From Lama glama (taxonomy: Eukaryota), in NCBI GenBank assembly GCA_028534125.1, contig CM052818.1, positions 1,428,001 through 1,492,000 of the forward strand: DNA of 64,000 bases, in the 5' to 3' direction. The translations under genes and the position numbers were made by a program. Shown here one piece after another: positions 25,095-38,107 of the stretch. The stretch's first letter is position 1. Each line of letters begins with the position of its first letter. The notes beneath the pieces were generated by a model, which saw only the letters and a list, made by a program, of their open reading frames with translations, was not told the DNA's origin and did not search any database.

Positions 25095-25968
25095 AGTTTT
25101 TTTAAGAGCATTTTTTCTGTTCACAGCGAAATTGAGAGGAAGCTACAGAGATTTCCCATATATTCCCTGTCACCACACATGCATAGTTACCCCATTAACC
25201 AGAATGGTGTTTGTTCAATTGGTGGACATCTATTAACACATCATAATCACTCAAAGTCCGTAGTTCACATTATAGTTTGCTGTTGGTGTTGTCTATTCTA
25301 TGGATTTGGACAAATGTATAATGAATGTATTTACTACTACAGTATCATACAGTATATTTTCACTGCCCTGGAAATCCTCTGAGCTTCACCGGTTCTCCAC
25401 TCACCCCTGCAACCCTTGGCACTGATTTTTTTTTTTGTTATCTTCATAATTTTGTTTTTTCCAGAAAATGTCATATAGTTGTAATCATAAAGTATGTAGT
25501 CTTCAGATTGGCTTCTTCCACTTAGTAATATGCATTTAAGTTTCCTCCATGTTTTTTCATGCTTTGGTGGCTCATTTCCTTTTAGTGTTGAATAATGTTC
25601 TACTGTCTGGATGTATTATTACAGTTTGTTTATCCATTCACCTACTGAAGGACATCACGGTTGTTTTCAAGTTTCAAGGCAGCGATGAATAAAGCTGCTG
25701 TGAACACTCGTGTGCAGGTTTTTGTGTGGGCGTAAGTTTTTTAACTCCATTGGGTAGATATGAAGGAGTGCAATTACTGGATTGGGTGGTAAGAGTATGT
25801 TTAGTTTTGTAATACATTGCCATAACTGTCTTCTGAAGTGTACCACTTTGTATTCCCATCAGTAACAAATGAAAGCTCTTGTTGCTCCACATCCTCTTCA
25901 GCATTTGGTGTTGTCAGTGTTCAGGATTTTGGCCATTCTAATAAGTGTGTAGTGGTATCTCATTGTTT
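25095..25968 (-). mobile_element. L1MC1/2-like 3' end
   Basis: 'ttcacagcgaaattgagaggaagctacagagatttcccatata', 'tatccattcacctactgaaggacatc', 'ggccattctaataagtgtgtagtggtatctcattgttt'. Confidence 0.88.
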
Positions 25969-26199
25969 TATAGTCTTTTGTTTTGCACAGCCCTTAAAAA
26001 TATTAACATTCTTAGGTCTAGGACCGTATGAAAAACTATGGAGTATATTTGGGTCATGGGCTGTACTTTGGCAACTGTAGTTTGCCAGCTCTCATCTTGA
26101 GTCTTTCTACTGGTTGCTCAGTATATTCCAGCTGCTGGTTTTTTTGTTTTGCTTTGTTTTTGTTTTTATTTTTATTTTTATTTTTAATCTGCCAACTCT

Positions 26200-26810
26200 T
26201 TCCTGTCATTGGACCTTCAAACATGTTCTTTAATTCATCAGGATCATTCTTAACTCTTGTTTTCCCCCTAGATATCTCCTATTTATCCTTCAGACTTCAG
26301 CTTAAATATCAGCTTTTTAAAAGGGATCTTTCTTGACCCTAAGCAGTCTAAGTTAGTTGCCCTATACTACTTCATAAAACTGCCAACTTTTCTTGCATAG
26401 TGATGACAATATCTTATTCTCAATTTTGTAAGTGTGACAATTTATTTAAACTTTGTTTTTATTCTTACAAAATTGTACATTCTTCAGTGGAACAGACCGC
26501 ATCTGTTTTATTCACTACCCTAGAACAGTATCTCAGTGCTAAACCCAGTAGTTGACAATGTAGCAGTTTATTAAGGGGAAGCTGAAATTTTCATTTGAGT
26601 CAGCTCCGAGATATTGTTCTAGATGTTTTACCTATGTTTGCTAATTTACTAGTCATATATATCTGTAAGGCAAATAATGTTACTCCTTTTTGTAGTGAGG
26701 ATGCTAAAGACCTAAGAGCTAAAGACATTTGTTTAAAGTTGGAGAGTTAGAAAGCACTAGAATCAAGTGGTAGCCTGAATCCAAGCCCATTTTGCTCTAA
26801 TTACACCAGT
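26200..26810. mobile_element. L2 3' fragment (+, ~26200-26570) followed by MIR (-, ~26590-26810)
   Basis: 'tatccttcagacttcagcttaaatatca' is L2-like; 'ttgttctagatgttttacctatgtt...tttttgtagtgaggatgcta' is MIR-like. Confidence 0.55.
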
Positions 26811-27494
26811 GGTTTTCTCTGAGCCCTCAGGATCTTGATGGCAATAGGGAATGAAAAAGTGATATTAAAAAGACAACAAAATCAAACACTGATCCTGCCT
26901 AGTTCCTTCCCGAGTTCTGGGGCAGGAAGACAGGCGGCCAGGAACGTGCTCCTATATTTACAATCCCTGCACCTCCACCTGCTGGCAGACAGAGTACTTT
27001 CTGTTAGGGGCTTATTTCATATTTGGTCTGAGAGACAAATCTTGTGTTTTATAATTTGCTATTGAGATAATAAGCTAATGAGGCAGAATTAAATAAATTC
27101 TATAATATAAAATAAAAAAGATACATCAATGCATATACCAAGGAAGGGACAGTTTATCCTAGTTGGACAGTTTAAAGAAGTTTGTTCACATCCCGTTTCC
27201 TTCATAGGGAAGGCAGGGTGTGAATTAAAAAGCTGGTGTCTGGGACTTACTTCCTGGGGGCCAGTTAGTGTAGTATCTTACCAGATGTAACACTGGGTAC
27301 TAAGAAATAGAGGGTATCAACTATATCTTAATTAAAAAAAAAATCCAGGACTGTCTTGGGAAGCACCTCGCCTCTGGGGGAAAAAAAAGTAGAGGGTAAA
27401 CTAAGTAGAATGTAAGACTACCATTATTAAATTTTCGCTTATTTTTCCTCTAGAGTTTTTGTCTCTATGGCTGTGCTTTTAAAAACATATTCTT

Positions 27495-27586
27495 TTTTTG
27501 AGGAGATAATTAGGTTTGTTTGTTTGTTTATTAATTTATTAATGGAGGTACTGGGAATTGAACTTTACCACTGAGCTGTACCCCCC
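27495..27586 (-). mobile_element. vic-1-like SINE with internal deletion
   Basis: 'taattaggttt...ggaggtactgggaattgaac|tttaccactgagctgtaccccc'. 12-bp TSD aaacatattctt at 27483-27494 and 27587-27598. Confidence 0.88.
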
Positions 27587-27599
27587 AAACATATTCTTA

Positions 27600-28470
27600 T
27601 ACTGTTTATGCAGTTGTATATCTTATTTTACACATTGACTTATTTTCATATTGTTATATATTCCGTGTAAACATCACTTTAAAATGAATGTTTTATATTC
27701 ACCTAGAGAGGTCAATTATTTTTACTAAATGATGGATATTTAGATTATTTCCGTTTTTTAAAAAATATTAAAACATCAGTGATGTGCCCGTAGCCTTTTC
27801 CATATTAAGGTCATTTCTTTAAGATAGTTTCTGAAAAATGGAATTACTGAGTTAAAGACTACGAATATCCTTAAGGTTCTTGCTACATATTAAAAAATGT
27901 TTTCTAAATTGATTTTCACATTTTACTGTTATTTTCAGAGGGTTTCTGTTTCATTGTACTCTTGCCAGTAGCATTTATTATTGTTTTGTCAGCCTTTTAA
28001 AATTTAATAGGCAGTGTTTTACTATGCATTTCTCTCATCAGTAGTAAGACTAAACATTTTAACATGTGCTTATCCAGTAGCTATATTTCTCTTTTATGAA
28101 TTGGGTGTTCATTTTCCTTGTTCCTTCTTCTGTTCTGTTGGGATGTAGTACCTCATTGTTGTTGGTTTTGTTTTTCTTTTTAAATCATCGATTTGTATCC
28201 ACTCCAAATAGTATCTTTTATTCTTTTTTCTTTGTGATTTATGGTTGTTTTTATGTTTAGATATTTATATTTGATCTTATTATTATTATTTTTAATGGTT
28301 TGAGTAGTTTTCCCCTTATTTAACTCCTAAGTCCATCTGGAACTTATTTTGTTGTGATTTAAAAATCTAAATTATTTTGTTGTGATCTAAAAATGTAAAT
28401 TGCTTTTCAAGGCAGCATCATCGTTTATTGGATAATCGGCATTTTCTGTTATGAATTTGACTCCTGAATG
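27600..28470 (-). mobile_element. Old L1 (L1ME-like) 3' fragment
   Basis: 'gatggatatttagattatttcc', 'aatggaattactgagttaaag', 'tccatctggaacttattttg'. Confidence 0.7.
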
Positions 28471-30449
28471 TACCCATGTGTTTGTGTGTTATCTTCTACA
28501 GGTTTGATGTCAGAGTTAAACATGAAGTAGAGCAGTGATGAAGTAGAGCAGTAGGGGTCCTGTATCCTATTGACGTGGGATTATGGATAATTCACCTTTA
28601 ACTCATTTAAGTTACACTGTTTTACACACACACAGATATACATATACATACATACATCTATAAACAAACAATTTTATGCTTTAGAACTATGAGGGAGTAT
28701 TAACTATGCTGTTTTCCCTTTTCACACTGTGATATATTTTCCTTTATAAATAAAAGTTAATTTTTGTAGGATGTTCTGATTAGTGATAGTAATGCAAAGT
28801 CATGATGAATGTGCTATTATGTAGTTTACTATTTTAAGACATCACTTTGGGATTATTTAGTTTAGTTTGGCGGTTAGATTTGATAATGTGCCAGCATTTC
28901 TCCTTTAGGGTTGATTACTGTAGCATTATCACTCATATTGCTGTTTCCTCCTGAGGTTTGCACTTGAGCATTAGAAATTTTTTTCCAAGGCAAAAAATAC
29001 AGTTAATATGCTTTAGGATTGCCATTTCTCTTACTGTAATTGTTTAATTAGCTAGCTTGGGAGTTCTTTCTCTCTTATTTAGCTTGAGAAGTAATCCTGT
29101 ATTTCCTAACTTCTGGCAGCATTATTACTTTCAAAAATATAAAAAGTTTTATTTTGTTTTCTGTTTGGAAAAATGCGCACACATTTATTGTACCATACGG
29201 AAGAGTATATAAGAATTTGATGATCTCAGAATAAGATTCCAGAGGTCACAGTGGCAGAGTTGGGGGAAGAGGTCATAGACATGGATAGGACTAGGTCATA
29301 TTGGGACAGATGTTGCTTATTCAGTTAACTCTAGGAATGAAGCAGGTATGTAACTGAGCATGGTGAGGTTCTAAGGGGATTAGCGATTCTTAAGCTCTAG
29401 CTGATTATTTCAGTGGAGCTGAATGTTACCAAACTTTTTGTTCCCCAAGATATATTGAAAACATGGATTTTGTGTAAATTCTCTTAACTTCTAAATACTG
29501 GCATTTAGGTCATAACATTTGTGATCTCTCAGGAGATCTCGAGAGCATGTGGAGATGACAGTTTGGAGGATGATGGATGATTGAAGAATGTTAGACTCCA
29601 ATCACTGAGGTAAATAGAAGTGAAACATGATAGAATTGGTCCTTGAAGTGCATGAAATGATGATGGGTAACTAGATTACTTGCTCTAGTCCTGAATATTT
29701 CTTTCTGAATTGGTTGGCTTTTTGAGGCTTAGCCTGATGTAATGATACTCTTGACTAAGGGTGCTTCCAAACAAAGGTTTGCAAACTGGTGAGTATTAAA
29801 GACAGGTAAAGAAGAAATTATAACAAAGTGCAATGAATGTTATAACAGAGGAAGTACAGGGTATTTCTGAAAATTAGAAGAGGGATAACTAACTTAGGTT
29901 TGGGTGATCAGGATAAAAAGAGGTATACTAGCTGAGACAAAGGAGTTTGAAGAAGGTGGAGTGGTCATAACGTGGGTAGAAGATAAAGTTTCCAAAGTCC
30001 TGAAGGCTAGAGAGGATAGTGCATTTAGAAATTGGAAAGTAATTCATTTGTAACTATTCCTTGTTTTTAATATTGTTTTATATCATTGGCATCTTAGTCA
30101 CTGTTCACACACAGTGAAGAACTATAAGTTGAGTAAAAAGACCAGTGAATAGATAACTTGTTGAATGTAAAGTGCAGTGATAAATGAATCTGTGAGAAAA
30201 GAAGATTGCTCGTATTGCTGCTGTTGTACAGTAGGGTCCTTTGTGTTGAGTGTTCATCAGAATAAAGATGTAATAAATAGGATGAGTATCAGAATCAAGA
30301 TCCTGAAGGATCTTTATAGGATAATGAATCTGCTTTCATCCAACAGAATAAAATTTTGTCTTGAATTAAAATTTTATCTTGAGTACATTACACTGTTCTG
30401 AAGTCTAAAACAATTAACTATTAAATACAGTGTGGGAAAGTTTAGAAAT

Positions 30450-30453
<4 letters not shown>

Positions 30454-30489
<36 letters not shown>
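30454..30489 (+). repeat. (TG)18 microsatellite
   Basis: Perfect dinucleotide run. Confidence 0.98.
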
Positions 30490-30493
<4 letters not shown>

Positions 30494-30499
30494 TGGTCA

Positions 30500-30800
30500 T
30501 TCAAATAAGTTAAGGCTGCATGAATAGTTTAGTACCTAATGAGGTTATTCTGATTGGAATACACCTGGAATATTATATTCAGCTTTTGGTGTAGCGCTAT
30601 AACAGGCTACAAGTGAAGCAGAACATCTTTAGGAGAAAGGAAGTAGAGTAGCTGTCCAGCAAAATACCATCGGAGCTGATGAGTAGTTGAAGGACTAAAA
30701 GACGTTTTTAATTTGGAAAACAGAACTTCGGGAGCAATTGATGTGGCTTTATATTTTAAAAGGGTTAAACGTGGAAAATTGATTAGAACTGTTAATGTTT
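30500..30800 (+). mobile_element. L3/CR1 ORF2 fragment
   Basis: 'cacctggaatattatattcagcttttgg' resembles the CR1 HLEYCVQFW-coding motif. Confidence 0.6.
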
Positions 30801-31187
30801 TGGTACCAGAAGTAGCAGTTTATCAGTAGCTTTGGAGTTGGGGAAAGATTAGGGGGCAGGAAGAAAATGAAGGGATGGAAACTGACATTTCATACTTTAT
30901 ATGTATTATGTCATATAATCCTTACAACACCAAGCATATTAAATATTATTTAAGAATAATTCAATTTTGTATAAAACATTAACTTGTTATAATATAAAAT
31001 ATTTTACAATATTTGTCAATTCCATGTTTGCTTAAAGCTGCATTTAAAAGCTAATCCTCTACTTCAGATGGCTTCTACATCTTGCTTTTACACAACTAGC
31101 AAACAACAACAAATGCATCTGTGAGAATTAATTTATCATAAAAATATCACAACACAAAATGAGAAACCAAGGAACCTCAATGTTCTA

Positions 31188-31287
31188 NNNNNNNNNNNNN
31201 NNNNNNNNNNNNNNNNNNNNNNNNNNNNNNNNNNNNNNNNNNNNNNNNNNNNNNNNNNNNNNNNNNNNNNNNNNNNNNNNNNNNNNN
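31188..31287. other. Assembly gap (100 N)
   Basis: Run of exactly 100 N, a common placeholder for a gap of unknown size. Confidence 0.99.
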
Positions 31288-32463
31288 AAAAAAAAAAGGA
31301 CCTAAAGCACCAGGGATATGCTGTATCATCTTCTTTCCCTTTGAAAAAAAAGAAAAAAAAAAAAAAAAGGCAGGGGGCACTTCTCCTAGGCCGCTGCAGA
31401 GCACATGCTTCCAAGGTAGCCAAATTACACATGGCAACTGAGTAGCAGAAGCAGAAACAACTAATGCTTTTCATTAACAACTCATGTAAGAGTTTTTATT
31501 AGTAACTTTGTTGATTTTTTTTCTTTGAATATGAAACCAATATTTTCTACTTGAAGCTAATTCCATCAAAAAGCTTTCTATCTCAGGAATAATTTCTGTG
31601 GATGGACACTGGTTGCATAAGAATGTACAGCATAGTTTGTTAAATTACAAAGGTTTTGAAGGTTATTATACAATTGGGCAGGGATCTCTCATGTGGCACC
31701 AGTAAAGGGAGCACTGCTGAAATGGAGAGTGTTTTTAATATGTACATTTGCAGGGTCTTAGACTCAATTAGAAAAGGAATTTGGTTTGTAGTTTGCCCTG
31801 ACTTTCAGTAACCTGAGAAGCAGAGATGAAGAAAGGAATGATTTTGCATGCAGAACAGCATTCAGAACAGCTAAAGAAAAATAAGACACTGATTTTTCAT
31901 TTTGCTTACTAAAAGCCTGTGCATGAATTCTGCCCCCACCCCCATCTTCATAATAGCTTTGAAGGCGGTCTCTCCTTACTCAACTTCAAAATGTATGTTA
32001 TTCATCTGATCCTGCTCTCTTCCTTAAATTTTCAACCAGTCCACCTTCTGCAATAAAATAACTCAATCAGCCTCATTAAATAGAAATTAAAATTGCTTCT
32101 GAATACTAGTATCTATCCAGTAAGGCATAGAGCAGAATCATCTCAACTAAGATCATTGCCCAGCAGGGATCAAACTTTAGCCCACATATTAAAATAAACA
32201 TATTTTAAAATAACATTAAATTATTTAAAATAATATAAAAGCAAAAAAGGAGTTTCTCCAATTAAGTAGATTATGGGGTATCAGGGAGGGAAAAAGCTCC
32301 TCCTCATACTTAACAGTGTGTAATAGTATATGTAAAGTATTGTGCGAGTTAGATGTCAAAAATTATTAAAAAGTCATGATGTTGTTTTTAAGATTTTTAC
32401 AGTCTACATGGAAAGAAAAAACCTATTTTACATAGAAAGAAACTAAGAAAATAGTCTGTCTTC

Positions 32464-32511
<48 letters not shown>
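32464..32511 (+). repeat. (CTAT)12 tetranucleotide microsatellite
   Basis: Perfect tandem run. Confidence 0.97.
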
Positions 32512-33897
32512 TTATATCAAATAAATGTTATAAACAATGTGTAGTAAAGGTTATCAGACCAGGGAGAGATCACTGTTGGTGGAATGGTCAAGGGAAGCTA
32601 AATTAGAGATTTCACAGAATCTTAGTTTGAAAGGACCCCAAATATCATCTTGTCTAATAACCCATGAAAGGGTTGACCACTCTGCAGTCATCTGCTTCTA
32701 AATATTGGAAATGTACATCTTTGGATGAGGCTAAATTGTAAAATATTCTTCAAAATAGATTTGGGAGCTATTATGCCACCTGTTTATTATTTTAAGAAGA
32801 TCTATGTACTGTTAGAAGTCTTTGGTATTCTCTTTTTGATAACCAGTTAGTGTTTATTCTCTTCTGGATAAATCTAGCTGGCTGAATGTTGAAAGAGCCA
32901 ATCATTTCTTCTGTTGAATATGAGTTCATCTGTAAAAACGAATTTAGAATATTTCATCATGTCTTTCTTACTTTTTTAAGTGAAAGAACGTATGTTTTGG
33001 AATTTTACATTATTATTTTATTCTAGATTTGCTATGGTGTTCTCAGAGATGGGGAAAAGCATATCTTTAAATTACTTGATTTATGCAGGAGTCCTAACAC
33101 AGGAAAGGAAAGGCTACTGTTAAATTCCCAATGAAAATGAATTCAGAAGGGAGGGAAAGATTAGTAGAAACTTTGAAGGATAGCCAGAACATGTAAGTTT
33201 AGTCTCTGAAATGATGGAAAGTTTATAGTTTTGTAAAATCCACAGTAAATTCAACTGAAAACCGTGTTTACTGTAAATGATGACCAAATGTGAAGTGGAG
33301 GTGAGGGTATCCCTAAAGTTAGAGATGTAATGGATCTGCTGTGATGGTCTTGTAGAAGTGGAAGAAGAATAGGATATTTATACAGTTCAGTGAAAGACTA
33401 AGAATCTCAAGAGAATGCATGACATTTGGGATCTTTAACAAGACTGCAGGAATTTGGAAGTAATTGGTATGGCCTGGTGACTTTCTTGGCATATGCTAGC
33501 AAACTTGGGGGAAAAAAAAGTTCTCTTTCCAGATGTGTTACATGGGAGAGTTTCTTATGAGCTGCCGGAATGAGGACAATAGGGAAAACAAGAAACTGAT
33601 GTTCCCTTGCCCTCCTTTGATGGACAGGAGAGGGGGCCAGTCCCTCTCCAGAGACTGGCAATAAATTTTATGTGAGAGATAACTGAAACTAGTGCACCCA
33701 GCAGAGCTATATTTAGGGTTCTGAACATGTATTTGACTATATAAATACAGACAAATACAAAAAGACTCTTTCAGTCTCATTTGAAATTTCATAAATGGAC
33801 AAATGTTAGACAGTTTTGAATCTTTATATGTTCTTGATCATGGAACAAAATATGGAACGACAGACCACCAAGCTGTTGTCACTGATTAGGAGGTAGA

Positions 33898-34100
33898 AGA
33901 GTGTAGTGGTTAATACTGTGTGGACTCTGTAGCCAGAGAGTCTGTTCCAAATCCCAATTTTGTAACTTACAATATGTGTGACCTTACGGAAGGTACCTAA
34001 CCTCTTGGTGTCTGTTTCCTCTTTCACAGAGTGGATATTAAAATTAAATAAGGTAATATTGTCAAGTACTTAGAATGGTGCCTGGCAAATGTGCTATATA
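33898..34100 (+). mobile_element. MIR SINE
   Basis: 'gtagtggttaa...ggactctgtagccaga...tgtgtgacctt...ctgtttcctc...cttagaatggtgcctggca'. Confidence 0.85.
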
Positions 34101-34913
34101 AGGGCTTTTTAAGGTAGAATACAGTAAATATGATTTTCTGATCTTGATCTAAAGGGAGAAAATATAGAGTTACTCTTTATATCTTCATTCTTCATTTCTA
34201 CTGAGGACTGAAAACAGTATATTTTTAAATGACTGTGTCATCATATGGATGGCCACAGTTTATTGAATCATTCCTTTACTATTGGATATTTACATTATTT
34301 CCAGTCTAAATAGTAAGCTCAAATGACTCAAAGATCTTCCATATATTACAAAGTAGTAAAAAAATAGGATCTTAATCTAACTTTAATACTCACACAAATA
34401 TGCTTTTAATTTGAAAATCTCTCTGTTGGCTCTAACTGAGATTGACTAAACAAAATCAGTTTTTTGAACCTTAAGGATATTTGATTTTATCTTATTCTAT
34501 CCTATTGAACTTTATTTCCAGAAATGAATTGTGATTTTTGAGAGAGCCAATGAATTGTAAAAGTAAAAAAAAAAAAACAAAATAAACTGTAGTTATCTCC
34601 TGTGGAAATTTTACTTACCTTTTTTTGATTAAAAGATTAATGAAGAAGATATCAATGAAGCAGGCCATATTTAAATAGCAATTTATCACTTTCCATTTCT
34701 GTAACTGAGGCAGTAAGATTAGAGCTCTTCCCTAAAATTTTGATTTTCCATTTATGGGTCTAGGTGAAAGTGGAAGATCATTTGGCACACAAAACTCAGC
34801 CCATAAAATTTGGCTACCCTGAATAATACCCTGAACATTATTTATAGTAATTAACATTTATGAAACATCAACAGATAATGTCATGTTTATTGATCTCTAG
34901 CTTAGACCTCTTT

Positions 34914-35036
34914 GCTAGGTTCCTATCTTTTTTTTTTTTTTTGTCTGATGGTTGTTTAGCAGTCAGTGTGGTTTTGTTGTAGTTACAAGGAGAGGCAAGC
35001 TCATGGTCCTCTACTCTGCCATCTTGACCAGAAATT
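34914..35036 (-). mobile_element. Isolated extreme 5' end of an L1 with perfect TSD
   Basis: Aligns by eye with 39427-39540 and includes the YY1 motif gccatctt. TSD gcttagacctcttt at 34900-34913 and 35037-35050. Confidence 0.85.
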
Positions 35037-35239
35037 GCTTAGACCTCTTTTGACCTTTGGGTTTTTTAACCATTTAAAAAAAGTATCCTAATTTCTTTTC
35101 GTTAACAAAGAAATTTCACTTTATTTCTTCTACCCTTTAAAAAATTTCATAGGGTTTATATTCATATGCCCCTTAGATTTAAAAAAAATTGAGTCATAAA
35201 AACAAAATATGCAGATGAAAAATAATTCAAGCAATGAAT

Positions 35240-35450
35240 TATTTAATTCCTTCTGTGTGTTTGTTGCTTTCCACATAATCCTATTAACTTCACAGTGACT
35301 CTGTGAGGTTGATATCTTCATTTTTATAAAGGTGAAAACTGAGGTTTTGAAAGTTAAATTACTTAATCTAAGACACATACGCAGTAGTTAGTTCAGCTAG
35401 AGTTCAGACTCATGTTTAAGTGGTGTCTCATACTTCTTTCATTACATACT
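35240..35450 (-). mobile_element. MIR fragment
   Basis: 'ctctgtgaggttgatatcttcatttttataaaggtgaaaactgaggtt'. Confidence 0.75.
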
Positions 35451-36796
35451 AGGTTCTGTAAATATCTAGTATTTTTATTGTATTATTATTTAAAATCTTT
35501 ATTGTTCTTTGATATTTCTTCTCTGAGATTCCTGTTATTTGGACACGTGTAGAAGAGACATTGGGAAAAGAAAAGATTAATGCTACCTGCTTTCCAGGGA
35601 TATTACTGCTTTTATAGTAACAGGGAACTGCTTTATCACATTATTTGAGTATTCTTCAAATTTTCTCAGGCTGGAGTCTTTGCTTTTCTCAATCATCAGT
35701 GCTTATTGAAATTTGCCTAAAATTTGATACTCCGATACATTTTTTTCTAGCCACATCATTTGTATTTCCGATATTTAGTGTTATTTTGCGTTCTTTGAAT
35801 CTGAGTTAGTTTTGCCATACTGTTAGTGAAACTATTCATAAGTGTTTGGACTTAGTCTTGAGATTCCTCCTGACTATAGAATAGTTACATCTTACACAGA
35901 GCAGCCATCAAAGCTGTCCACAGCTTGTCTCAGCCTCTCTCCTTAATCTCATTGTCCTTTTCTTCTTTACTCAAATATTGCCTTCCTGCCAGGATTGTTA
36001 TTTGAACACATCAGGACCTCAGTTGACCGCCTATATCCTCTGCTTGTACTTATAACCCTGTAATACATTCAGATCCCAGATCAGACCTGTCTTTCATACA
36101 GGTTTCTTGGTATCTTCATTTAACTTTCTTAAATCTTTTTTTATTTTGAAATAATTATAGAATTACAAAAGTTACAGAGATAGTTTGAAGAAGTCTTGTG
36201 TACCCTTTACCCAGTTTCCCCCATTAGTCACATCTTACATAATTATAGGACAGTATTCAATCCAGCAAACTGACATTGGATCAGTGTATATGTATGGATG
36301 GATATGAGTTATTTTATCACTTGTATAGATTTCTATAACTATTGTCACAATCAAGATGTAGAACTATTCCATCACTACAGAGATCTTTGGGTATCAGTGT
36401 TTTACCAGTTAAAGTATAGAAATCTTACCTCTCTTATGTCTCTTTATCCTCCCCTGTTTATAGTATAATTGTCTGAAAAATTTCCTCTCTATATTGAAAT
36501 CTCTACCAGCCAATATTATACTTTTGCTTTGATCATCAAATCTAATTTATAAAACTCAAGAGGAGTAGGAAAGTCTATTGTATTTACTCATATTTTTTCC
36601 CTTTTGTTATTTTTCCTTCCTTCCTGATGTTCTGAGATTCATTCATTTATCATTTCCTTTCTATTTAGAGAACATCCTTTGGCCATTCTTTAGGATAGGT
36701 CTGTGGGTGACAGATTCTCTTAGTTTTCCTTCATCTTGAATTCTTGAGACATTCTGATGACGATATCTAAGACATGTCTGGATTTTCCCTTTATTC

Positions 36797-37430
36797 TTTT
36801 TTTTTTTTTTTTAGCAAAAAAGAATATTTAGGTATAGTTGACTTACAATGTTATATAAGTTTTAGGTGTACAATATCATGATTTAAATTTTATCGTGATT
36901 TAAAATTTTAAAGGTTATACTTTATTTTTATTATTGTAAAATATTGGCTATATTCCTTGTGCTATATAGTATATCCTTGTAGTTTATTTATTTTAAGCAT
37001 AGTAATTTGTACCTCTTTATCCCCTACCCCTATCTTGCCCTTTCCCTCTTCCCTCTCCCCACTGGTAACCACTAGTTTGTTCTTGATATCTGTGAAGTCT
37101 GTTTCTTTTTTTGTTGTATTCACTGGTTTGTTTTATTTTTCAGATTCCACCTATAAGTGATAATCGTACAGTATTTGTCTTTTTCTGTCTGACTTATTTC
37201 ACTGAGCATAATACCGTTCAAGTCTATCCATGTTGTTGCAGATGGCAAAATTTCATTCTTTTTAACGGTTGAGTAGTATTCCATTGTGTATGTATGTGCA
37301 TGTCTATCAGCTGTATATCTATCTCACATCTTCTTTATCCATTCGTCTGTTGATGAACACTTAAGTTGCTTCCATATCTTGGCTATTGTAAATAATGGTG
37401 CTCTGAAATTTGGGGTGCATATATATTTTC
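36797..37430 (-). mobile_element. Younger L1 3' end
   Basis: Poly(T), 'ggtatagttgacttacaatgtta', 'cagattccacctataagtgata', 'ctttatccattcgtctgttgatg'. Degenerate TSD: attttccctttatt (36782) and atttcccctttact (37431). Confidence 0.9.
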
Positions 37431-38107
37431 ATTTCCCCTTTACTTTTAAAGGATAATTTTACTGGATATAAAATTTGCGGTTAACTGTTATTTTATTTCA
37501 GTACTTGGTATTGTATCATTTCCTTTGTCCTCCATGGTTTCTGATATATCAACTATTGTTTGAATTGTGTTTTTCCTATTACCTTTCATTTTTCCTTGGC
37601 TATTTTGAGGATTTTTTTCTTTATCTGTAGTTTTCAGAAGTTTAATTATGATGCATTTTCCCACGGATGTCTTTGAGTTTATGCTGTTTGGAGTTGACTC
37701 AGCTTCTTAAATTTGTAAGTTTGTTATCTCTTGTTAAATACAGGAAGTTTTTAGTCATTATTTCTATAAATACATTTTAGCCCCTCTCTCTTTCTGCTTT
37801 CCTTCTGAGATTCCAATGCTAAGAATATTAGGTCTTTCATTATCGATCCACATGTCCTGAAGGCTCTGTTTATTTATGTCTGTTTTCTCTCTGTTGTGTA
37901 GGTTGACTAATTTCTATTTTTTTGTTGTCAGGCTAACTGATTTTTTCTCTTGTGTCTTCTCCATTCTGCCATTGAGCTCATCTACTGAGCCTTTTAAATT
38001 TCTTGGGTTTTGTAGGTTTTTTTTTCCAGCCCTTCATTCACTTTTTTTTTTCACTTCAAAAACCAGAATTTTATAACTGGCATAAACAGTTCCATGCATC
38101 AAAAAGA

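Noticed and set aside
31136..31480. ORFs of 114 and 86 aa
   Set aside because: They read through the N gap and poly(A) runs, so they are artefacts.
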